In this document: in pieces, positions 54,885 through 64,000 of the stretch
Position numbering within the stretch: the first letter of the stretch is position 1
Layout: each line of letters begins with the position of its first letter
Notes under the pieces: model-generated
What the model saw: the letters and a program-made list of their open reading frames with translations, nothing else
Databases searched by the model: none
Told to the model about the DNA's origin: nothing
Program-made: the position numbers and the translations under genes
Assembly (NCBI GenBank): GCA_040755995.1
Contig: JBFMAF010000013.1
Location: forward strand, 69,123 to 133,122
Source: Acidobacteriota bacterium
Lineage (GTDB): Bacteria; Acidobacteriota; CAIWXX01
Length of the DNA: 64,000 bases
Direction of reading: 5' to 3'

Positions 54885-56039
54885 ATGCGGTTTGAGTTCG
54901 CCACCGCGAACCGGATCATCTTCGGAGACGGGTGCCTGCGGCAGGTCGGTGACCTGACCGTCGAGCTCGGCCGGCGGGCCCTCGTCGTTACGGGAAACAG
55001 CGTCAGCAGGGCCGTTCCGCTGCTCGAGATCCTCTCGGTCTATCAGGTGGGCTACGTGGTGTTCCCGGTTGCCGGAGAGCCCACCGTCGACGTCGTGCGG
55101 GAGGCGGCGGACATAGCGCGCGAGCGCACCTGCGATCTGGTGATCGGATTCGGCGGGGGCAGTGCGCTGGATGCGGGCAAGGCCGCATCCGCATTGCTCA
55201 CCAACCCGGGGGATCTCATGGACTACCTTGAGGTCATCGGTCGCGGTCAGGCGCTTCCGCAGCCAGCCGCTCCGTACGTGGCCATTCCGACTACCGCGGG
55301 CACCGGCACCGAAGTCACTCGGAACGCCGTCCTGGCGTCGCCGGATCACGGCGTCAAGGTCAGTCTCAGGAGCCGGCTCATGGTGCCGAGGGTGGCGCTG
55401 GTCGACCCCGTGCTGACGCACAGCATGCCGCCCGAGATCACGGCGAGCACCGGGATGGATGCGCTGACGCAGTTGATCGAACCATACGTGTCCGCAAAGG
55501 CGACTCCGATAACCGATGCGCTGTGCGTCGAGGGCATCCGGTTGGCGGCCCGATCGCTACGCCGCGCGTGCGAGCATGGTGATGATGCGATCGCGCGGTC
55601 GGACATGGCTCGGGCGAGTCTTTTTGGTGGAATGGCGCTCGCGAACGCTTCGCTTGGCGCCGTTCACGGTTTCGCCGCCGCGATCGGCGGTGCCACCGCG
55701 GGGCCGCACGGAGCGGTGTGTGCGCGGCTGCTGCCGGGTGTGGTCGAGGCGAACTGGCGAGCTTTGACTGAGCGGGCAAGGGGAAGCGACGCGCTGCGTC
55801 GATACCGGGAAGTCGCAAGAATACTGACCGGCGACTCGATGAGTACCGCCCAAGACGGCGTCGAATGGCTGTATCGGCTGTGCGAAGACCTGAAGATTCC
55901 GCGACTGCGAGCTTATGGGTTGACTCTCCAGGACCTTGCTGGAATCGTCGACAAGTCGGCCAAAGCAAGCAGCATGAAAGGCAACCCGATCCAGCTAACC
56001 ACCAGCGAGATGATGGCGATTGTGGAGAGGGCACTGTAA
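54885..56039 (+). CDS. iron-containing alcohol dehydrogenase
   Basis: GGGSALD.GK, IPTTAGTGTE, GMDALTQ, LGAVHG, PHG.VC, GNP. Confidence 0.92.
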   Translation: MRFEFATANRIIFGDGCLRQVGDLTVELGRRALVVTGNSVSRAVPLLEILSVYQVGYVVFPVAGEPTVDVVREAADIARERTCDLVIGFGGGSALDAGKAASALLTNPGDLMDYLEVIGRGQALPQPAAPYVAIPTTAGTGTEVTRNAVLASPDHGVKVSLRSRLMVPRVALVDPVLTHSMPPEITASTGMDALTQLIEPYVSAKATPITDALCVEGIRLAARSLRRACEHGDDAIARSDMARASLFGGMALANASLGAVHGFAAAIGGATAGPHGAVCARLLPGVVEANWRALTERARGSDALRRYREVARILTGDSMSTAQDGVEWLYRLCEDLKIPRLRAYGLTLQDLAGIVDKSAKASSMKGNPIQLTTSEMMAIVERAL

Positions 56040-56099
56040 GAGCCTGGGAAGCAGTCGGCGGCTGCGAGAAGACGCGCCGCGCCACAGCTGGTTGGTTGC

Positions 56100-56128
56100 T
56101 TGACCCTTCGGACGATCGCCATTATAGT
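56100..56128 (+). promoter_or_regulatory. sigma70-type promoter
   Basis: TTGACC, 17 bp, TATAGT upstream of 56205. Confidence 0.55.
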
Positions 56129-56204
56129 TACAGTATGAGACACAGCCTCTGGCATTCTGGGCTCACATAGCTCTGCTCTTCGCAGCAAAAAGGGAGAGGG
56201 AGGA

Positions 56205-56450
56205 ATGCCGACCTTGACCGACAACGTAGCTCCACGGTTGAGAGAGGTTCTCGCGCCTATCGTCGGAGAATTCGTGGCCAAGACGTCGCTGAGCATGGCT
56301 GCAAAGAAGATAGGCAAGACCACGGAGACGGTCACGCTTGGTGACATTCCCAAGCTCGCCGAAGCCCTCCGGCCCGCTCTCCGCACCCTCATCGGCGCTC
56401 AGGCGACCGAGTCGGTGCTCAAGGATGTGAGCGAACTGGGCGGCAGCTAG
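56205..56450 (+). CDS. small helical hypothetical protein (81 aa)
   Basis: Strong purine-rich RBS (GGGAGAGGGAGGA), protein-like composition, upstream promoter. Confidence 0.75.
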   Translation: MPTLTDNVAPRLREVLAPIVGEFVAKTSLSMAAKKIGKTTETVTLGDIPKLAEALRPALRTLIGAQATESVLKDVSELGGS

Positions 56451-56598
56451 GAAGGCGTAAAGCAGACCCACATGAGATTGGGGGATGTCCCGGCATTGTC
56501 GGCACTTGTAGTATTCTCTGGCGCCGCCCCGGGAGTGTTCATTGTCCGCTAGACGCAGGCATAGCAACCGATCAGGTTGACTGGCCGAGGAGGGTTTG

Positions 56599-57423
56599 AT
56601 GAAGTATTGCGTACTGGCCCTTATACCGCTGGCCCTTGGACTGTTTCACCTGGTTCTCTTCTTCGTGCTTTCAGACAGCACCTATACTCCGTTCGTATTC
56701 AACGAGGTCATTGTAGTCAAGATGCTCGGGTTCCTGGGCTGTCTGGCAGTCGCACTGAAGTTCGGGAAGGGTGACTACCCGAGGCGAGCCTGGACCTTGG
56801 TGGGCCTCAGTCTGCTCTTGTTCGCGGTCAACGACATTTTCTTCCGCTCGATTGTGCCAAAACTGCTCGGCGATAGCCTCGCCAATGCAGTCAGCGGATT
56901 CGTTGTCGCGGTCGGCAACGTGTCCTTCATCCTGGGTGGCGTCATACTTGCCAGAACCTGGGCGTCCATTGGATTCACGTTCCCGGGTCGGCCATGGGCC
57001 AGGTGGCTGCTGTACGGAGCGGCCATCGCCGTCACACTGGTTCTCGTGGGTCCGTCAGTCATCTTGGGACTTCGGAACACGCTGGACGGCAACTTCACTA
57101 TGTGGGAGGTCGTGACGGACATGGTATCCGGACTGGGTGATCTCATCATCTTGAGCCTCATCGGCCCTATTCTGCTCATCGCACTCTCGCTCCGTGGCGG
57201 AGTCGTGAGATGGCCTTGGATATTCCTTACCCTCGTGCTGGCCGGCTGGCTCCTGTTTGATGGCGTCAACTCGTGGTATGCGACGTTCGGACTGACCGAT
57301 CGGCAACACCTGTGGCTCCGCGAGTTCTTCCGGATCCTCGCCTGTCTGTATACGATGTCAGCTGCACTGGCGCAGCTTCATGTCATGCGGGACTTGAACA
57401 AGGAAGGAGCGACGCCGGCATAG
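56599..57423 (+). CDS. polytopic membrane protein of unknown function
   Basis: About 8 hydrophobic segments; GAGGAGG RBS. Confidence 0.75.
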   Translation: MKYCVLALIPLALGLFHLVLFFVLSDSTYTPFVFNEVIVVKMLGFLGCLAVALKFGKGDYPRRAWTLVGLSLLLFAVNDIFFRSIVPKLLGDSLANAVSGFVVAVGNVSFILGGVILARTWASIGFTFPGRPWARWLLYGAAIAVTLVLVGPSVILGLRNTLDGNFTMWEVVTDMVSGLGDLIILSLIGPILLIALSLRGGVVRWPWIFLTLVLAGWLLFDGVNSWYATFGLTDRQHLWLREFFRILACLYTMSAALAQLHVMRDLNKEGATPA

Positions 57424-57466
57424 CCGGTCTCGCAATCCAAGTGACGCGGGCAACTTCACACGGCCG

Positions 57467-57811
57467 TTGCGTATCGAGGACCTCGCAACGCAAGTCGACA
57501 TGAGCACGTCGACCTTCCATCATCATTTCCGAATGCTAAGGGCCAGGGGCCCGTTGCAGTTTCATGGGTTGCTGCGTTTGAACGAAGCGCGGCGCATGAT
57601 GCTCACAGATCGTCTGGATGCAACAAAGGCGGCGTTTCAGGTCGGTTATGAGTGCGCCTCCCAATTCAGCCGCGCGTACAGTCGCTTATTCGGTGCACCC
57701 CCGCTACGAGGCGCCGCAAACTCGCGTCAAGTAGCTGCCGGTGAGAGGGGAAAACAGCGTTTCCAACGCGGGATGCGTCACAGATGCAGCTCGCCGCTCG
57801 TCCAGGGCTGA
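57467..57811 (+). pseudogene. C-terminal HTH fragment of an AraC-family regulator
   Basis: IEDLA..V.MSTSTFHHHFR...LRLNEARR...AAFQVGYE.ASQFSR.YSRLFGAPP; no N-terminal domain and no RBS. Confidence 0.75.
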
Positions 57812-57903
57812 CTGACGCCCGATCCTTGTTCGAACGATACCGTTGAGGTATCGTGTCGATTGGTCAGCGCCTCCGCGCGACCTCAGGAGGTTCTCGGAGA
57901 ATC

Positions 57904-59568
57904 ATGACGCGGCCCAACGGGTATCCTATCGTTCTCTCAGCCCCTTTGACCGAAATCGTAGACAACCCGGGCTTCTTCATTCAGATGGGACTGGCGTCCC
58001 TGCCCGGCTGGATGGAATGGGCCATCACGAGGACCTATCCCCGCTGGCGAGAGGTTCCCGTGGAGCCTGGCGGCACCGCGGGCGTCGCCCCGTGCGGCTT
58101 GCGAACGCTCGAGAACGTGCTCGGGAAGACGTTCGGTACTGATAACGTGGCCGTGTGCTATCCGGATGGGCTCGGTGCTTTCATCGGACCGGATACGCGC
58201 GTCGTCGCAATCTCGACGCACAATCCTCTCGGAACAACATTTGCGGCCGGCGTCTACGCCTCGATCTTCGGCTCGAGCAAAGATCCTATCAACGCCGTCT
58301 ACGCGCGGCGAATGTTTGAGAACGTGAAGGCAAGCCCCCATCGGGAGAGCTTCAGAGTCATCGTGGGGGGCTCGGGCGCGTGGCAAATCCAGGAGACGAG
58401 CTCGCTCGATGATCTTGGTGTCGACTGTGTCGTGGAGGGACGCTCCGAATCGCCGGAGGTGCTCGACGTCTTCAGGAAGGCCCTCGCGGGAGAGCCCATC
58501 CCGCGCGAGATCCGTGGGACCCACCCAATAGATCCTGATGCAATTGCGGTTCCGGTCAAGCGCACGACGTTCGGCGTCATCGAGATGACGACGGGTTGCG
58601 GCCGGCGCTGCGCGTTTTGCGCACCCGACAACAGCCCTCGAATCGACGTCCCCAAAGAAAAGATCATGGCGGCGGTGAAGGCAAACGTCGAGGCGGGCAA
58701 TGACCAGATTTCGCTCGCTACCGAAGACATGTTCATCTGGGGATCGGGCCGTGCTTGCTTTGTTCCGAATCGCGAGGCGCTCATCGACATCCATTCGTCG
58801 ATTGCGGGCTACCCGGGCGTGCGCCACGTTCTGCTCTCGCACGGGACAATGGCGCCGGTGGTTGTCGACCCGGCGCTCATTCGAGAGCTTTCGGACATCC
58901 TTCTGGACAAGAGTCCCCTGGAGCTTCCGCAGGTTTCGACTCACCCTAGGGGGCGGGTCTTGAGCCCGCTCATCGGTATCGAAACCGGCTCGCCCCGGCT
59001 CGCGAAGAAGCTAATGCCGGGGAAGGCACTTCCCTTCGACATCTCGGAGTGGCCGAGCGTCGTCATCGAGGGGCTCACGATCCTGAACAGGAACAACTGG
59101 ATCCCGGTCATGACGCTCATCGTGGGCTCACCGGAGGAGACCGGCGAGGACATCGAGGCCACGCTCGATCTTCTGTACGAGATGGAGCGGCGGAGCCTCA
59201 AGGCGCTTCTCGTGCCGTCGATCTTCACGCCGCTCCGCGACACTCGCATGCGGAACAGGCGCGGGATTACGCGCACCAGGGGGATTTCGCAGCTCCAGTG
59301 GCAGCTCATCATGAAGTCGTGGCAGATGAGTGCGCGCATCGGGCTACAGACCGGGTGGGTTCGTACGGCGTGGCCCCTGGGCTCCTACCTCTTCTGGGCC
59401 CTCCAAGGCAGACGCGCCAACGGACCGAACTTCACCTGGCCCCTCTTCCTCTTTGCCGGTTTTCCAGAAGCCCTGCTCAGGAAACTCGGCGGGCTCTATC
59501 GCGGAGTCCCGCTACAGCTCAAGCACCGCGACGAGCTCTTCGCGACGGGCAATCACACGATGCGGTAG
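57904..59568 (+). CDS. radical SAM protein with putative N-terminal B12-binding-like domain
   Basis: EMTTGCGRRCAFC (CxxxCxxC), IVGGSGAW, IGIETGS, TLIVGSPEET. Confidence 0.82.
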   Translation: MTRPNGYPIVLSAPLTEIVDNPGFFIQMGLASLPGWMEWAITRTYPRWREVPVEPGGTAGVAPCGLRTLENVLGKTFGTDNVAVCYPDGLGAFIGPDTRVVAISTHNPLGTTFAAGVYASIFGSSKDPINAVYARRMFENVKASPHRESFRVIVGGSGAWQIQETSSLDDLGVDCVVEGRSESPEVLDVFRKALAGEPIPREIRGTHPIDPDAIAVPVKRTTFGVIEMTTGCGRRCAFCAPDNSPRIDVPKEKIMAAVKANVEAGNDQISLATEDMFIWGSGRACFVPNREALIDIHSSIAGYPGVRHVLLSHGTMAPVVVDPALIRELSDILLDKSPLELPQVSTHPRGRVLSPLIGIETGSPRLAKKLMPGKALPFDISEWPSVVIEGLTILNRNNWIPVMTLIVGSPEETGEDIEATLDLLYEMERRSLKALLVPSIFTPLRDTRMRNRRGITRTRGISQLQWQLIMKSWQMSARIGLQTGWVRTAWPLGSYLFWALQGRRANGPNFTWPLFLFAGFPEALLRKLGGLYRGVPLQLKHRDELFATGNHTMR

Positions 59569-59632
59569 CCCCCCGGATAAGGCGACTAGAGTCGATGTCT
59601 CGAGCGGTCGGCAATCGCACGGCCAGTGGTAC

Positions 59633-60496
59633 CTACGATGATGCCTTCCTCTCTTCGCGTGCCCGGACAAGACGGGGAGGGGAGAAGAGCAGCTTCCAGC
59701 GAACGGCGTTCCAATAGCCCAGAGCCAGGAGAGCAAGCAGAGCAAGGCAAGTGACTTGCGCGAAGGTCAGTGGACCAAAGGCAATTCCACCGGCATCATC
59801 CCGGACGAGCTCCAGGAAGAATCGAAACACCGTGTAGATGACGCAGACGATGATGTAGAGCTGGCCGTTGAACTTCCGGCGCGGCCATAGATCGCGCGCC
59901 AGCCAGAAGAGCCCGAGGCCGAGTGCCGATTCGTAGAGCTGGGTGGGGTGAACGGGCAGCGACCAGGAGACGTCGGGAGAGATGAGTCCCAGCGCCACGT
60001 GTCTGTTGAATGCGGGAGAACCGGCAGGGAAGCGCAGACCCCACGGGAGACTCGTAACGCTGCCGTAGTTGCAGCCCGACATGAAACAACCGAATCGAAT
60101 CAGGCACAGCATCAGCATCAGTCCGTAACCGGTAGCGTCGGCGAACAGGCCGAGTGACAGATTCGTGGGATGAATGCAGAGCAGCCCGAAGAGCGCTACC
60201 GCTACCATGGCCCCGAAGAGGCTGTACCCGCCTGCGACCAGCAGGGAGTCGAGCGGACGAGTGTAGATGGACCGCGGATCGTACTGCAAGAGGTAGCCGA
60301 TCTTCGCTCCGGCCATGGCAACGACGAGGGCTGGGACAAGGATCAGTAGTGCACGCCCGCGAGTCCACCCGTCGCTTCGCGCTTTGCCGGAAATCACCCA
60401 ACAGCCGATCGCCATCGAAATCACGAGCATCACGGAGTAGTCGGGGACCAGTATCCACGCCCACTGAGGCAGGTGGATCAGGAATGCGTTTCGCAT
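59633..60496 (-). CDS. prolipoprotein diacylglyceryl transferase (Lgt)-family homologue
   Basis: RFGCFMSGCNYG...LPWG..FP, PVHPTQLYES, Y..FRFFLE.VR.D. Confidence 0.82.
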   Translation of the reverse strand: MRNAFLIHLPQWAWILVPDYSVMLVISMAIGCWVISGKARSDGWTRGRALLILVPALVVAMAGAKIGYLLQYDPRSIYTRPLDSLLVAGGYSLFGAMVAVALFGLLCIHPTNLSLGLFADATGYGLMLMLCLIRFGCFMSGCNYGSVTSLPWGLRFPAGSPAFNRHVALGLISPDVSWSLPVHPTQLYESALGLGLFWLARDLWPRRKFNGQLYIIVCVIYTVFRFFLELVRDDAGGIAFGPLTFAQVTCLALLALLALGYWNAVRWKLLFSPPRLVRAREERKASS

Positions 60497-60515
60497 TTCG
60501 GCTACAGGCGGCTCG

Positions 60516-61913
60516 CTAGGGTATCACAGGTCTCCCCATTGCCGCCGTCTCGTTGCTGTTTCTGTAGGCACGCACTCGCTCGTCCAACTCGGTGCACCAT
60601 CGACTGATCCACCTCCTCGGCAGATGCAGGTATCGGGGCATGTATGAGGGGCGAAGATAGAAGCGGGCATACGCGGCGCCGAGGAGATACGTGAGCTCGT
60701 TTGCGCTGAGCTTCTCGAGCCCGTACGTAGGATGATAGCCGTCGAACTTCTCCCAATCAGTCTCGGTGATGAGATGCTCGCATCTCTTCCATAGGGGAGT
60801 GCCCGGGTAGGGGGTGAGAATCTTGAATTGGGCGAACGTGGGTGCGATGTCCATGGCGTACTTGATTGTTGCACCAATCGAATCCCAGTCGTCTTCGGGG
60901 AATCCGAGCAGAAACTGACCCGCGGTCGCGATCCCCATGCGATAGCATTCGGAAAGGAGATGCCGCTGGTGACTAACGTCAATCGGCCGTCTCCCGGCCT
61001 TTTTCAGGACGGCATCCGAGGCCGACTCGCCTCCAAACGTCAACATCCTGAGTCCGGCACGGTGCATGAGCCGGAGGAGCTCGACGTCGAGGCGATCCAG
61101 GCGGGTCTCGCATTCGAAGCGAATCCTGAGTCCTCCAGACAGTATGCGCTCGCATATCTCCGCTGCCCACTCGCGCCGGGCGGTGAACTGGGGGTCCCTG
61201 AATGCGACGAACGGCCGTTGGTAGAATCGAAACAGGTGCGACAGCTCATCGACGACGTTTGACACGGTGCGCGCGCGGTAGCCGGCGAGCACGCGATGGG
61301 GACAATAGACGCAGTGCTCGGGACAGCTTCGGCTGGCAAGTACCGGCACACCTCCACCTATCGGCTTATGATGGAAGGGGAAATGAAATCGCTGTGCGTG
61401 CCCATTTCCTGCGATGTCCCAACGTGGGAAGGGGAGCGAGTCCAGGTCGTCGATCGACGCGCTCTCGCAGATTCCGGAAAGCTCGGCGCCGCAGGCCGCA
61501 CTGCGTATGGCCCTCTCGGGCTCACCTCTGACCAGAAAATCCGCGTGCTCACGGAAGAGCTCGGGGAGGAAGGAGGCAGCAAGGCCGACGAAACCTACGC
61601 GCAGTCCCTTCCTCCTGGCCGCGTCCGCCCAGGCACATTCGTTGCGGGAGTCCACGATGGATGAGAGCACGATCGCAACATCGCCTTCAGGAACGCCGTC
61701 GCGCGTGAAGAGGACCTCGTGTCCCTTCTCGGCCAGGATTGCCGCCAGGTAGGCCAGCTGAATGCTCGGGATATCATGGAACAGCTTCTTGAAGTGGGAG
61801 TAGAGCCTGGTCGTGATCGAGAATGGCACCATTCTCGATCCGTACCCGCCGACAACGGTGTCCTTGGCGACAAGGCCGCGCGTACCGCGGAGATCAGCGA
61901 GCACGTACCTCAT
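60516..61913 (-). CDS. B12-binding-domain-type radical SAM protein
   Basis: GEPE, DLDSLPFPRWD, ASRSCPEHCVYC, CETRLD, FGGESAS, FLLGFP, TPYPGT. Confidence 0.85.
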   Translation of the reverse strand: MRYVLADLRGTRGLVAKDTVVGGYGSRMVPFSITTRLYSHFKKLFHDIPSIQLAYLAAILAEKGHEVLFTRDGVPEGDVAIVLSSIVDSRNECAWADAARRKGLRVGFVGLAASFLPELFREHADFLVRGEPERAIRSAACGAELSGICESASIDDLDSLPFPRWDIAGNGHAQRFHFPFHHKPIGGGVPVLASRSCPEHCVYCPHRVLAGYRARTVSNVVDELSHLFRFYQRPFVAFRDPQFTARREWAAEICERILSGGLRIRFECETRLDRLDVELLRLMHRAGLRMLTFGGESASDAVLKKAGRRPIDVSHQRHLLSECYRMGIATAGQFLLGFPEDDWDSIGATIKYAMDIAPTFAQFKILTPYPGTPLWKRCEHLITETDWEKFDGYHPTYGLEKLSANELTYLLGAAYARFYLRPSYMPRYLHLPRRWISRWCTELDERVRAYRNSNETAAMGRPVIP

Positions 61914-62080
61914 CGAGGCGCCTCGATTGCAGCCAACATCAGCCGTGTGGCCCGCCCCGCGGGCAGTGGAGCGCTCCTATTCCTTTGCGGCCGCAATGAA
62001 ACCTCCTGCGGCACCCACCGATTGAGCGCGTTCCAGCAGGGGAACCCAAGCACCGCGAGTAAAACCCGGCCTCCTTGCCC

Positions 62081-62653
62081 TCAGTCCTCATCCGGACCGC
62101 AGCTTGACCGGGGGATGACCTGCCAGGTCTGGCCCGAGCGATCCGTATACTCCCCCCAACCAATATCGACGCTTTCACTTCGGAGCCCGTCTTGGTGCAC
62201 TGGCCGCTCCTGCTCCGAGTCTCCCGCGCCCACCCAGGCATAGACATAGCCATGGTCTGTGGCATCCAGCCCATCGCCAAGAACAGTCGCCTTGGCGATC
62301 CCATCGCTGCGGGTCTTGATCGTCTGTGCCCAACCCGCGTGTGGCCCCCTGGTGAGAGCGAAGTCTACCCGCACGTTCGGCACCGGTACGCCATTTTGCA
62401 GGACCTTGCACGTGATCTGCGCGGAATGACCGACGACGTCGCCCAGCATCTCGACCTTCACCTGCTCGGTATACCCGCCGGGAAGTTCGCTGACCCAGTA
62501 CCCGGTGAACGGGTCATACCAGCGCTCGCCGGTCGAATGCGACGCTCTCCAGCTTCTCGCATCGCCGGAGACGGTGTAACGAATGCACAGCGGGAGCACC
62601 AGGCCCACGAGCACCACGCTCACCAGAATCCGAGCCCCACACTTGATTGTCAT
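62081..62653 (-). CDS. secreted/membrane-anchored Ig-like-domain protein, tandem paralogue 2
   Basis: Hydrophobic N-terminus; ITCKV..NG.PVPNV.VDF....GP.....T..T..DG.A pattern (invasin/Big-1-like); paralogue of 62663-63235. Confidence 0.72.
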   Translation of the reverse strand: MTIKCGARILVSVVLVGLVLPLCIRYTVSGDARSWRASHSTGERWYDPFTGYWVSELPGGYTEQVKVEMLGDVVGHSAQITCKVLQNGVPVPNVRVDFALTRGPHAGWAQTIKTRSDGIAKATVLGDGLDATDHGYVYAWVGAGDSEQERPVHQDGLRSESVDIGWGEYTDRSGQTWQVIPRSSCGPDED

Positions 62654-62662
62654 CTGCGCCCC

Positions 62663-63235
62663 TCAGCATCCTTGATGCTCGAAATCCTCCGGGACCATAT
62701 GGTAGTTATGGATACAAAAATCCTCCAACCATTCGTTCCAATGAATGTTGAAGCTCTCGGATCTAAGGGCGTCATCGTCCGCGGGTTCGTACGGCTTCCC
62801 GTCCCGGGAGCTCACCCAGGCAGAGACGTAGCCATGGTCTTGGGCATCCATCTCATCGCCCTGGACGATGGCCCTGGCGATCCCATCGCTGCCGGTCTTG
62901 ATCGTTCGTGCCCAGCCCTTGTGTGGGCCCCTGGTGAGGGCGAAGTCAACCCGCACGTTGGGTGCCGGTGCGCCGTTCTTCAGGACCTTGCAGGTGATCT
63001 GTGCCGAATGACTGACGACGTCGCCCAGCATCTCGACTTTCACTTGCTCAGTATACCTGCCGGGCAATTCCCTGACCCAATACCCGGTGAACGGGTCATA
63101 CCAGCGCTCGCCGGTCGAATGCGACGCTCTCCAGCTTCTCGCATCGCCGGAGACCGTGTAGCGAATGCACAGCGGGAGCACCAGGCCCACGAGCACCACG
63201 CTCCCCAGAATCCGAGCCCCACACCTGATTGACAT
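62663..63235 (-). CDS. secreted/membrane-anchored Ig-like-domain protein, tandem paralogue 1
   Basis: GGAGG RBS; 190 aa, the same length as paralogue 2; repeat period 582 bp. Confidence 0.72.
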   Translation of the reverse strand: MSIRCGARILGSVVLVGLVLPLCIRYTVSGDARSWRASHSTGERWYDPFTGYWVRELPGRYTEQVKVEMLGDVVSHSAQITCKVLKNGAPAPNVRVDFALTRGPHKGWARTIKTGSDGIARAIVQGDEMDAQDHGYVSAWVSSRDGKPYEPADDDALRSESFNIHWNEWLEDFCIHNYHMVPEDFEHQGC

Positions 63236-63250
63236 CTCCGTCCTCCCGAC

Positions 63251-63865
63251 TCACAGAGATGCGAGCATAGCGCTCAACCGATGCAGCAGCGCAGGAACCA
63301 GGTCCAGCAGATGGATCGGCCGTTCTACGTACCCGGGATACCTGGGCATTTCCACATTCATCAACGCGAGCGCACCAGATCCGCTCGATCCCGCTTGGAG
63401 GTCGTACTCCCCTGGAGGAACACACACCCGAAACGATCCTTTGCTGTCTATGATCGCGACCTGCTGGACGGTGGAGGCTATTGCGCCGGGGTTGCTGACG
63501 GGATAGAACGCGACGCTCCCGTACTTTGCGATCTTGCCAGCGGCATCCTTGACCTTGCCTGAGACAACCACACCGCTTGACGCTTTGAACGTCAGCACCG
63601 TGTCAGCACCAGCCACGGTCACGGACAGGTGCGTCTGTGTCGCCGTCCCCTTGTAGGAGGTGTCCATTGTCGGCACGAAGACCAGGTCGTATGTGCCCGC
63701 GGCCAGATAGCCGGCGAATTTCCCATTCCTCACATTGAACAGCGTTCCTTGTCCGTCCTTCGATGGATCTGCTCCTTGCTTGCAGACGTAGAGCACGCCA
63801 TGCAGCGATCGCCCTGCCTTGTCGCTCACAGTCCCGGACAGCTTCGATCCCTTGGGCAGCTTCAC
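63251..63865 (-). CDS. beta-sandwich (carboxypeptidase-regulatory-like) repeat protein, possibly N-terminally truncated
   Basis: Two repeats (LSGTVSDKAG...AGTYDL; VSGKVKDAAG...PPGEYDL); no signal peptide; in-frame stop shortly upstream. Confidence 0.55.
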   Translation of the reverse strand: MKLPKGSKLSGTVSDKAGRSLHGVLYVCKQGADPSKDGQGTLFNVRNGKFAGYLAAGTYDLVFVPTMDTSYKGTATQTHLSVTVAGADTVLTFKASSGVVVSGKVKDAAGKIAKYGSVAFYPVSNPGAIASTVQQVAIIDSKGSFRVCVPPGEYDLQAGSSGSGALALMNVEMPRYPGYVERPIHLLDLVPALLHRLSAMLASL

Positions 63866-64000
63866 ATTCCTTACTAGCCTGGATTTCCACGGACAACCAT
63901 TCGCCTAAGCCGCAGGTCTTTCCGAGGGGCCATTGTACGTCGTGAGACGGAGCTTATGACCGTTCCACCATGGCACGGCGACCGGCTGGTCCATCATCCC

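Noticed and set aside
62654..62671. Gly-Cys-UGA-Gly at the end of paralogue 1, in frame with paralogue 2, suggesting selenocysteine read-through given selC in the window
   Set aside because: No convincing SECIS hairpin follows the UGA. The downstream gene has its own RBS (GAGGGG) and signal-like N-terminus, and an in-frame arrangement occurs by chance one time in three. A bSECISearch run would settle it.

Overview
A GC-rich bacterial chromosomal window from a diderm organism (LptFG, outer-membrane porin). The fused lptFG gene suggests an Acidobacteriota-like lineage, but that is inference only. Housekeeping blocks: an AdiA-like decarboxylase with a DcaP-like porin, an M16 protease pair followed by methylmalonyl-CoA mutase subunits and meaB, ackA-pta, lptFG-murJ-dtd-xerD, an M3 peptidase, tRNA-Sec, and mtnP with an aminotransferase and an FHA protein. 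Accessory DNA is interleaved: two Phd/PIN toxin-antitoxin modules, Rpn-like and Uma2 nucleases, gene relics, and two radical SAM genes with an Lgt homologue and tandem Ig-like paralogues. The best candidate for an undescribed system is at 44.2-54.5 kb. It is a condensation-domain-free NRPS-like locus made of an ABC exporter, an A-T protein fused to a lipid A late-acyltransferase-like domain (architecture resembling Vibrio AlmE-AlmF-AlmG in one chain), an IDH/IPMDH-like dehydrogenase fused to a cysteine hydrolase, an A-T-TE protein, and a YhhN-like membrane hydrolase. Both A domains lack the amino-acid-binding Asp. Two short gene fragments that differ from nearby intact genes mostly at synonymous sites also stand out. 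No CRISPR array, rRNA or intact transposase was seen. All family calls are by eye from motifs; no database searches were run.
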